A DNA stretch of 64,000 nucleotides from the human T2T-CHM13v2.0 reference genome, Homo sapiens. The notes below the pieces were generated by a model. It ran no database searches and was not told the DNA's origin. It was given only the letters and a program-made list of their open reading frames with translations. The stretch lies in assembly GCF_009914755.1 (NCBI RefSeq), contig NC_060933.1, one strand, 5' to 3'. Both the position numbers and the translations under genes were made by a program. Numbering within the stretch: position 1 is the first letter of the stretch; each line of letters starts with the position of its first letter. Positions 42,601-54,700 of the stretch are shown here, one piece after another.

Positions 42601-45600
42601 CATTGCATTTCATTCCATTCCATTCCATTCCATTCCATTCCATTCCGGAAGATTCCATTCCATTGCATTCCTTTCCATTCCATTCCCCTGCACTCGCGTT
42701 GATTCCATTCCATACCATTCCATTCCATTCCGTTCCGTTCCATTCCATTCCATTCCATTCCATTCCATTCCGTTCCCTTCCATTCTATTCCATTCCATTC
42801 CATTCGGGTTAATTCCATTCCATTCCATTCGATTGCAATCCAGTTGATTCCATTCCATTCCATTCCATTCCATTCCATTCCATTCCATTCCTTTCCATTC
42901 CATTACGGATGATTCCATTCCATTGCATTCCATTCCATTCCATTCCCCTGTACTCGGGTTGATTCCATTCCATTCCATTCCAATCCATGCCATTCCACTC
43001 GTGTTGATTCCATTCTTTCCATTCCATTCAAGTTGAATCCATTGCATTGCATTCCATTCAATTCGATTCCATTCGATTGCACTCGGGTTTATTCCATTCC
43101 ATTGCATTCCATTCCATTCCATTCCATTCCATTCCATTCCATTCCATTCCATTCGGATTGATTCTATTCAACTCCCTTACTCTCCATTACATTCCATTCC
43201 ATTCGGGTTGTTCCATTCCATTCCATTCCATTCCACTGCATTCCACTGCACTCGGGTTGATTCCATTCCATTCCATTCCATTCCATTCCATTCCAGTCCT
43301 TTCCATTCCATTCCACTCGGGTTGATTCCATTCTATTGGTTTCCATTCCATTCCATTCCCTTCCATTCCACTCTGGTTGATTCCATTCCTTTCCATTCCA
43401 CTCGAATACATTCTCTCCTATTCCACTCGGAATGATTCCATTCCATTCCATTCCATTCCATTCCATTCCATTTCGTTCCATTCCATTCTATTCCGTATCA
43501 TTCCATTCCATTCCATTCCATTCCGTTCCATTGTACTCGGGTTGATTCCATTCCATTGCATTCCATTCCATTCCATTCCATTCCATTCCATTCCATTCCA
43601 TTCCATTGCGTTCCATTCCATTCCATTCCATTCGGATTGATTCTATTCAATTCCCTTACACTCCATTACATTCCATTCCATTCGGGTAGTTTCCATTCCA
43701 TTCCATTCCATTCCTCTCCATTCCATTGCACTCGGGTTGATTCCATTCCATTGCATTCCATTCCATTCCATTCAATTCCATTCCGTTCCATTCCATTCCA
43801 TTACATTCGGATTGATTCTATTCAACTCCCTAACTCTCCATTACATTCCATTCCATTCGGGTTGATCCATTCCATTCCATTCCATTCCACTCCATTCCAT
43901 TGCACTCGGGTTGATTCCATTCCATTCCATTCCATTCCATTCCATTCCATTCCATTCCATTCCGGATGATTCCATTCCATTGCATTCCGTTCCATTACAT
44001 TCCCCTGCACTCGGGTTGATTCCATTCCATTCCATTCCATTCCATTCCATTCCATTCCATTCCATTCCAATTCTTTCCATTCCATTCTATTCCGTACCAT
44101 GCCATTCCATTCCATACAACACCATTCCATTCCATTCCACTCCGTTCCGTTCCGTTCCGTTCCGTTCCGTTCCATTCCATTCCATTGCATTCTATTCGGG
44201 TTAATTCCATTCCATTCCATTCGATTGCAATCGAGTTGATTCCATTCCATTCCATTCCATTCCATTCCATTCCATTCCATTCCATTCCTTTCCATTCCAT
44301 TATGGATGATTCCATTCCATTGCATTCCATTCCATTCCATTTCCCTGTACTCGGGTTGATTCCATTCCATTTCATTCCAATCCATGCCATTCCACTCGTG
44401 TTGATTCCATTCTTTCCATTCCATTCAAGTTGAATCCATTCCATTGCATTCCATTCCATTCCATTCCCCTGCATTCGGGTTGTTTCCATTCCATTCCATT
44501 CCATTCCATTCCATTCCATTCCATTCCATTCCGTTCTGTTCCATTCCATTCCATTCCATTCTATTCGGGTTAATTCCATTCCTTTCCATTCCATTCCATT
44601 CCATTCCATTCCAATCTAGTTGATTCCATTCCATTCCATTCCATTCCATTCCACTCCATTCCAGTCCATTCCATTCCATTCCACTCGGGTTGATTCCAAT
44701 GTATTCCTTTCCATTCCATTCCATTCCATTGCAATCGAGTTGATTCCATTGCTTTGCATTCCATTCCATTCCATTCCATTCCGGATGATTCCATTCCATT
44801 GCATTCCATTCCATTCCATTCCCCTGCACTCGGGTTGATTCCATTCCATTCCACTCCATTCCATTCCATTCCATTCCATTCCGTTGTATTCGGGTTAATT
44901 CCATTCCATTCCATTCCATTCCATTCCATTCCCTTCCATTCCATTCCAATCCATTACAATCGAGTTGATTCCATTCCATTCCATTCCATTCCATTCCATT
45001 CCATTCCATTCCATTCCTTTCCATTCCATTCCACTCGGGTTGATTCCATTCTATTAGTTTCCATTCCATTCCATTCCCTTCCATTCCACTCTGGTTGATT
45101 CCATTCCTTTCCATTCCACTCGAATACATTCCCTCCTATTCCACTCGGAACGATTCTATTCCATTCCATTCCATTCCATTCCATTCCATTCCATTTCGTT
45201 CCATTCCATTCTATTCCGTACCATTCCATTCCATTCCATTCCTTTCCATTCCATTCCATTCCACTCGTGTTGATTCCATTCCTTTCCATTCCATTCGGTT
45301 TGAAAGCATTCCATTCCATTCAATTCCACTCCATTCCATTCCATTCCATTCCATTCCATTCCATTCCATTCCATTCCATTGTACTCGGGTTGATTCCATT
45401 CCATTGCATTCCATTCCATTCCATTCCATTCCATTCCATTCCATTCCATTCCATTCCGTTGCATTCCATTCCATTCCATTCCCCTGCACTCGCGTTGATT
45501 CCATTCCATTCCATTCCATTCCATTCCATTCCGTTCCGTTCCATTGCATTCCATTCCATTCCATTCCGTTCCGTTCCATTCCATTCCATTCCATTCTATT

Positions 45601-46415
45601 CGGGTTACTTCCATTCCATTCCATTCGATTGCAATCGAGTTGATTCCATTCCATTCCATTCCATTGCATTCCATTCCATTCCTTTCCATTCCATTACGGA
45701 TGATTCCATTCCATTGCATTCCATTCCATTCCATTCCCCTGTACTCGGGTTGATTCCATTCCATTCCATTCCAATCCATGCCCTTCCACTCGTGTTGATT
45801 CCATTCTTTCCATTCCATTCAAGTTGAATCCATTCCATTGCATTCCATTCCATTCGATTCCATTCGATTGCACTCGGGTTGATTCCATTCCATTGCATTC
45901 CATTCCATTCCATTCCATTCCATTCCATTCCGTTCCATTCCATTCCATTATATTCGGATTGATTCTATTCAATTCCCTTACACTCCATTACATTCCATTC
46001 CATTCGGGTAGTTTCCATTCCATTCCATTCCATGCCTCTCCATTCCATTGCAATCGGGTTGATTCCATTCCATTGCATTCCATTCCATTCCATTCAATTC
46101 CATTCCGTTCCATTCCATTCCATTACATTCGGATTGATTCTATTCAACTCCCTTACTCTCCATTACATTCCATTCCATTCGGGTTGTTCCATTCCATTCC
46201 ATTCCATTCCACTCCATTCCATTGCACTCGGGTTTATTCCATTCGATTCCATTCCATTCCATTCCATTCCATTCCATTCTATTCCATTCCATTGCAATCG
46301 AGTTGAATCCATTGCATTTCATTCCATTGCATTCCATTCCATTCCATTCCCCTGTACTCGGGTTGATTCCATTCCATTTCATTCCAATCCATGCCATTCC
46401 ACTCGTGTTGATTCC
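39696..46415 (+). repeat. Shortened HOR copy 5 (6720 bp)
   Basis: Head and middle markers are present (CCTTTAAATT 41991, CCACTGCATTCCACTGCA 43233, CGGTTTGAAAGC ~45297). The CATAAC/ATCCTAG/ATTGCCTTGC block is absent. Next ATTCTTTACA is at 46416. Confidence 0.87.
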
Positions 46416-47335
46416 ATTCTTTACATTCCATTCAAGTTGAATCCATTCCATTGCATTCCATTCCATTCCATTCCCCTGCAGTCGGGTTGATTCCATTCCA
46501 TTCCATTCCATTCCAATCCGTTCCGTTCCGTTCCATTCCATTCCATTCCTTTCTATTCGGGTTAATTCCATTCCATTCCATTCCATTCCATTCCATTCCA
46601 ATCAAGTTGATTCCATTCCATTCCATCCCATTCCATTCCATTCCATTCCATTCCACTGCATTCCAGTCCTTTCCATTCCATTCCACTCGGGTTGATTCCA
46701 ATGTATTCCTTTCCATTGCATTCCATTCCATTGCAATCGAGTTGATTCCATTGCTTTGCATTCCATTCCATTCCATTCCATTCCGGATGATTCCATTCCA
46801 TTGCATTCCATTCCATTCCATTCCCCTGCATTCGGGTTGATTCCATTCCATTCCACTCCATTCCGTTCCATTCCATTCCATTCCATTGTATTCGGGTTAA
46901 TTCCATTCCATTCCATTCCATTCCATTCCATTACAATCGAGTTGATTCCATTCCATTCCATTCCATTCCAGTCCTTTCCATTCCATTCCTCTCTGGTTGA
47001 TTCCATTCTATTAGTTTCCATTCCATTCCATTCCCTTCCATTCCACTCTGGTTGATTCCATTCCTTTCCATTCCACTCGAATACATTCCCTCCTATTCCA
47101 CTCGGAACGATTCCATTCCATTCCATTCCATTCCGTTCCATTCCATTCCATTCCATTCCATTCCATTGTACTCGTGTTGATTCCATTCCATTGCATTCCA
47201 TTCCATTCCATTCCTTTCCATTCGGATTGATTCTATTCAACTCCCTTACTCTCCATTACATTACATTCCATTCGGGTTGTTCCATTCCATTCCATTCCAT
47301 TCCACTCCATTCCATTGCACTCGGGTTGATTCCAT
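46416..47335 (+). repeat. Partial HOR copy 6 (first ~0.9 kb), right edge of the homogeneous HOR domain
   Basis: Matches 39696-40620, including CCTCTCTGGTTG and TGTACTCGTGTTG variants, then diverges near 47335. Confidence 0.8.
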
Positions 47336-48789
47336 TCCATTCCATTCCATTCCATTCCATTCCATTCCATTCCGGAAGATTCCATTCCATTGCATTCCAT
47401 TCCATTCCATTCCCCTGCACTCGCGTTGATTCCATTCCATTCCATTCCACTCCATTGCATTCCATTCCATTCCTTTCCGTTCCATTCCATTCCATTCCAT
47501 TCCATTCCAATCCATTCCATTCCGTTCCGTTCCGTTCCATTCCATTCCATTCCATTCTATTCGGGTTAATTCCATTCCATTCCATTCGATTGCAATCGAG
47601 TTGATTCCATTCCATTCCATTCCATTCCATTCCATTCCATTCCATTCCATTACTTTCCATTCCATTACGGATGATTCCATTCCATTGCATTCCATTCCAT
47701 TCCATTCCCCTGTACTCGGGTTGATTCCATTCCATTCCATTCCAATCCATGCCATTCCACTCGTGTTAATTGCATTCTTTCCATTCCATTCAAGTTGAAT
47801 CCATTCCATTGCATTCCCTTGCATTCCATTCCCCTGCAGTCGGGTTGATTCCATTCCATTCCATTCCATTCCGTTCCATTCCATTCCATTCCGTTCTGTT
47901 CCATTCCATTGCATTCCATTCTATTCGGGTTAATTCCATTCCATTCCATTCCATTCCATTCCAATCGAGTTGATTCCATTCGATTCCATTCCATTCCATT
48001 CCACTCCATTCCAGTCCTTTCCATTCCATTCCACTCGGGTTGATTCCAATGTATTCCTTTCCATTCCATTCCATTCCACTGCATTCGTGTTGATTCCATT
48101 GTTTTGCATTCCATTCCATTCCATTCCATTCCGGGTGATTCCATTCCATTGCATTCCATTCCATTCCATTCCCCTGCACTCGGGTTGATTCCATTCCATT
48201 CCACTGCATTCCATTCCATTCCATTCCATTCCATTACAATCGAGTTGATTCCATTCCATTCCATTCCATTCCAGTCCTTTCCATTCCATTCCACTCGGTT
48301 TGATTCCATTCCATTAGTTTCCATTCGATTTCATTTCCTTCCATTCCACTCTGGTTGATTCCATTCCTTTCCATTCCACTCGAATACATTCCTTCCTATT
48401 CCACTCGGAACGATTCCATTCCATTCCATTCCATTCCATTCCATTCCATTCCATTTCGTTCCATTCCATTCTATTCCGTATCATTCCATTTCATTCCATT
48501 CCATTCCATTCCATTCCATTCCATTCCATTCCATTCCATTGTCCTCGGGTTGATTCCATTCCATTGCATTCCATTCTATTCCATTCCATTCCATTCCGTT
48601 GCATTCCATTCCATTACATTCGGATTCATTCTATTCAACTCCCTTACTATCCATTACATTCCATTCCATTCGGGTTGTTCCATTCCATTCCATTCCATTC
48701 CACTCCATTCCATTGCACTCGGGTTGATTCCATTCCATTCCATTCCATTCCATTCCATTCCATTCCGGATGATTCCATTCCATTGCATT

Positions 48790-51700
48790 CCGTTCCATTA
48801 CATTCCCCTGCACTGGCGTTGATTCCATTCCATTCCATTCCATTCCATTCAATTCCATTCCATTACAATTCGTTCCATTCCATTCTATTCCGTACCATTC
48901 CATTCCATTCCATACCATTCCATTCCATTCCATTCCATTCCATTCCGTTCCATTCCGTTCCATTCCATTCCATTCCATTCTATTTGGGTTAATTCCATTC
49001 CATTCCATTCCATTCCATTCCATTCTATTCCATTCCATTGCAATCGAGTTGAATCCATTGCATTTCATTCCATTCCATTCCATTCCATTCCATTCCATTC
49101 CGGAAGATTCCATTCCATTGCATTCCATTCCATTCCATTCCCCTGCACTCGCGTTGATTCCATTCCATTCCATTCCATTGCATTCCATTCCATTCCGTTC
49201 CGTTCCGTTCCGTTCCGTTCCATTCCATTCCATTCCGTTCCGTTAAGTTCCATTCCATTCCATTGCATTCTATGCGGGTTAATTCCATTCAATTCCATTC
49301 GATTGCAATCGAGTTGATTCCATTCCATTCCATTCCATTCTATTCCATTCCTTTCCATTCCATTACGGATGATTCCATTCCATTGCATTCCATTCCATTC
49401 CATTCCCGTGTACTCGGGTTCATTCCATTCCATTCCATTCCAATCCATGCCATTCCACTCGTGTTGATTCCATTCTTTCCATTCCATTCAAGTTGAATCC
49501 ATTCCATTGCATTCCATTCCATTCCATTCCCCTGCAGTCGGGTTGATTCCATTCCATTCCATTCCATTCCATTCCATTCCATTCCAATCAAGTTGATTCC
49601 ATTCCATTCCATTCCATTCCATTCCATTCCATTCCACTCCATTCCAGTCCTTTCCATTCCATTCCACTCGGGTTGATTCCAATGTATTCCTTTCCATTCC
49701 ATTCCATTCCATTGCAATCGAGTTGATTCCATTGCTTTGTATTCCATTCCATTCCATTCCATTCCGGATGATTCCATTCCATTGCATTCCATTCCATTCC
49801 ATTCCCCTGCACTCGGGTTGATTCCATTCCTTTCCACTCCATTCCATTCCATTCCATTCCATTCCATTGTATTCGGGTTAATTCCATTCCATTCCATTCC
49901 ATTCCATTCCATTCCATTCCATTCCATTACAATCGAGTTGATTCCATTCCATTCCATTCCATTCCAGTCCGTTCCATTCCATTCCACTCGGGTTGATTCC
50001 ATTCTATTAGTTTCCATTCCATTCCATTCCCTTCCATTCCACTCTGGTTGATTCCATTCCTTTCCATTCCACTCGAATACATTCCCTCCTATTCCACTCG
50101 GAACGATTCCATTCCATTCCATTCCATTCCATTCCATTCCATTCCATTCCATTCCATTTCGTTCCATTCCATTCTATTTCGTATCATTCCATTCCATTCC
50201 ATTCCATTCCATTCCATTCCATTCCATTCCATTGTAGTCGGGTTGATTCCCTTCCATTGCATTCTATTCCATTCCATTCCATTCCATTCCGTTGCATTCC
50301 ATTCCATTACATTCGGATTGATTCTATTCAACTCCCTTACTCTCCATTACATTCCATTCCATTCGGGTTGTTCCATTCCATTCCATTCCATTCCACTCCA
50401 TTCGATTGCACTCGGGTTGATTCCATTCCATTCCATTACATTCCGTTCCATTCCGGATGATTCCATTCCATTGCATTCCGTTCCATTACATTCCCCTGCA
50501 CTCGCGTTGATTCCATTCCATTCCATTCCATTCCATTCCATTCAATTCCATTCCATTACAATTCGTTCCATTCCATTCTATTCCGTACCATTCAATTCCA
50601 TTCCATACCATTCCATTCCACTCCATTCCATTCCATTCCGTTCCATTCCGTTCCATTCCATTCCAGTCAATTCTATTCGGATTAATTCCATTCCATTCCA
50701 TTCCATTCCATTCCATTCTATTCCATTCCATTGCAATCGAGTTGAATCCATTGCATTTCATTCCATTCCATTCCATTCCATTCCATTCCGGAAGTTTCCA
50801 TTCCATTGCATTCCATTCCATTCCATTCCCCTGCATTCGCGTTGTTTCCATTCCATCCCATTCCATTCCATTCCATTCCATTCCATTCCAATCCATTCCA
50901 TTCCATTCCATTCCATTCCTTTCCATTCCATTCCATTCCATTCCATTCCATTCCATTCCATTCCATTCCGTTCCATTCCATTCCATTACATTCGGATTGA
51001 TTCTATTCAATTCCCTTACACTCCATTACATTCCATTCCATTCGGGTAGTTTCCATTCCATTCCATGCCATTCCTCTCCATTCCATTGTACTCGGGTTGA
51101 TTCCATTCCATTCCATTCCATTCCATTCCATTCCATTGCAATCGAGTTGAATCCATTGCATTTCATTCCATTCCATTCCATTCCATTCCATTCCATTCCG
51201 GAAGATTCCATTCCATTGCATTCCATTCCATTTGATTCCCCTGCACTCGCGTTGATTCCATTCCATTCCATTCCATTCCATTCCATTCCATTCCATTCCA
51301 TTCCATTCCATTCCTTTCCGTTCCATTCCATTCCATTCCATTCCATTCCAATCCATTCCATTCTGTTCCGTTCCATTCCATTCCATTCCATTCCATTCTA
51401 TTCGGGTTAATTCCATTCCATTCCATTCGATTGCAATCGAGTTGATTCCATTCCATTCCATTCCATTCCATTCCATTCCTTTCCTTTCCATTCCATTACG
51501 GATGATTCCATTCCATTGCATTCCATTCCATTCCATTCCCCTGTACTCGGGTTGATTCCATTCCATTCCATTCCAATCCATGCCATTCCACTCGTGTTGA
51601 TTCCATTCTTTCCATTCCATTCAAGTTGAATCCATTCCATTGCATTCCATTCCATTCGCTTCCATTCGATTGCACTCGGGTTGATTCCATTCCATTGCAT

Positions 51701-54700
51701 TCCATTCCATTCCATTTCATTCCATTCCATTCCTTTCCATTCCATTCCATTCCATTCCATTCCATTCCATTGCAATCGAGTTGATTCCATTCCATTCCTT
51801 TCCATTCCATTCAATTGCCTTGCATTCCACTCGGGTTGATTCCTTTCCCTTCTTTCCACTCCATTACATTCCCTTCCATTCCACTCGGAATGATTGATTC
51901 CATTCCATTCCATTCCATTTCATTCCATTGCAATCCATTCCTATCCATTCCATTCCATTCCATTCCACTCGAGTTGACTTCATTCCACTCCTTTGCATTC
52001 CATTCCATTCCTTTCCACTCGAGTTGATTCCATTCCATTCCAATCCATTGCATTCCATTCCATGCCATTCCACTCGGGTTGATTCCATTCCTTTGCATTC
52101 CATTCCATTCCATTCCATTGCATTCCATTCCATTCCATTCCGTTACATTCCATTCCATTACATTCGAATTGATTCTATTCAACTCCCTTACTCTCCATTA
52201 CATTCCATTCCATTCGGGTTGTTCCATTCCATTCCATGCCATTCCACTCCATTCCATTGCACTCGGGTTGATTCCGTTCCATTCCATTCCATTCCATTTC
52301 ATTCCAGATGATTCCATTCCATTGCATTCCGTTCCATTACATTCCCCTGCACTCGCGTTGATTCCATTCCATTCCATTCCATTCCATTCCATTCAATTCC
52401 ATTCCATTACAATCATTTCCATTCCATTCTATTCCGTACCATTCCATTCCATTCCATACCATTCCATTCCATTCCATTCCATTCCATTCCATTCGATTCC
52501 GTTCCATGCCGTTCCATTCAGTTCCATTCCATTCCATTCCATTCCATTCCATTCTATTCTGGTTAATTCCATTCCATTCCATTCCATCCCATTCTATTAC
52601 ATTCCATTGCAATCGAGTTGAATCCATTGCATTTCATTCCATTCCATTCCATTCCATTCCATTCCGGAAGATTCCATTCCATTGCATTCCATTCAATTCC
52701 ATTCCCCTGCACTCGCGTTGATTCCATTCCATTCCATTCCATTCCATTCCGTTCCGTTCCATTCCATTCCATTCCATTCCATTCCATTCCATTCCATTCC
52801 ATTCCGTTCCGTTCCATTCCATTCCATTCTATTCGGGTTAATTCCATTCCATTCCATTCCATTGCAATCGTGTTGATTCCATTCCATTCCATACCATTCC
52901 ATTCCATTCCATTCCTTTCCATTCCATTACGGATGATTCCATTCCATTGCATTCCATTCCATTCCATTCCCCTGTACTCGGGTTGATTCCATTCCATTGC
53001 ATTCCAATCCATGCCCTTCCACTCGTGTTGATTCCATTCTTTCCATTCCATTCAAGTTGAATCCATTCCATTGCATTCCATTCCATTCGATTCCATTCGA
53101 TTGCACTCGGGTTGATTCCATTCCATTGCATTCCATTCCATTCCATTCCATTCCATTCCGTTCCATTCCATTTCATTACATTCAGATTGATTCTAATCAA
53201 TTCCCTTACACTCCATTATATTCCAATCCATTCTGGTTGTCTCCATTCCATTCCATTCCATTTCACTCCATTCCATTGCTCTCGGGTTGATTCCATTCCA
53301 TTCCATTCCATTCCATTCCATTCCATTCCATTCCGGATGATTCCATTCCATTGCATTCCGTTCCATTACATTCCCCTGCACTCGCATTGATTCCATTCCA
53401 TTCCATTCAATTCCATTCCATTACAATTCGTTACATTCCATTCTATTCCGTACCATTCCATTCCATTCTATACCATTCCATTTCATTCCATTCCATTCCA
53501 TTCCATTCCATTCCGTTCCATTCCGTTCCATTGCATTCCATTCCATTCTATTCGGGTTAATTCCGTTCCATTCCATTCCATTCCATTCTATTCCATTCCA
53601 TTGCATTCGAGTTGAATCCATTGCATTTCATTCCATTCCATTCCATTCCATTCCATTCCGGAAGATTCCATTCAATAGCATTCCATTCCATTCCATTCCC
53701 CTGCACTCGCGTTGATTCCATTCCATTCCATTCCATTCCATTCTGTTCCGTTCCATTCCATTCCATTCCATTCCATTCCGTTCCGTTCCTTTCCATTCCA
53801 TTCCATTCCTTTCTATTCGGGTTAATTCCATTCCATTCCATTCGATTGCAATCGAGTTGATTCCATTCCATTGCATTTCATTCCATTCGATTCCATTCGA
53901 TTGCACTCGGGTTGATTCGATTCCATTGCATTCCATTCCATTCCATTCCATTCCATTCCGTTCCAATCCTTTCCATTACATTCGGATTGATTCTATTCAA
54001 TTCCCTTACACTCCATTACATTCCATTCCATTCGGTTAGTTTCCACTCCATTCCATTCCATTCCTCTCCATTCCATTGCACTCGGGTTGATTCCATTCCA
54101 TTGCATTCCATTCCATTCCATTCCATTCCATTCCGTTCCATTCCATTCCATTACATTCGGATTGATTCTATTCAACTCCCTTACTCTCCATTACATTCCA
54201 TTCCATTCGGGTTGTTCCATTCCATTCCATTCCATTCCACTCCATTCCATTGCACTCGGGTTTATTCCATTCCATTCCATTCCATTCCATTCCATTCCAT
54301 TCCATTCCATTCCATTCCGGAAGATTCCATTCCATTGCATTCCATTCCATTCCATTCCCCTGCACTCGCGTTGATTCCATTCCATTCCATTCCATTCCAT
54401 TCCATTCCATTCCATTCCGTTCCGTTCCGTTCCATTCCATTCCATTCCATTCCATTCCGTTCCGTTCCGTTGCATTCCATTCCATTCCATTCCATTCTAT
54501 TTGGGTTAATTCCATTCCATTCCATTCGATTGCAATCGAGTTGATTCCATTCCATTCCATTCCATTCCATTCCATTCCATTCCATTACGGATGATTCCAT
54601 TCCTTTGCATTCCATTCCATTCCATTCCCCTGTACTCGGGTTGATTCCATTCCATTCCATTCCAATCCATGCCATTCCACTCGTGTTGATTCCATTCTTT

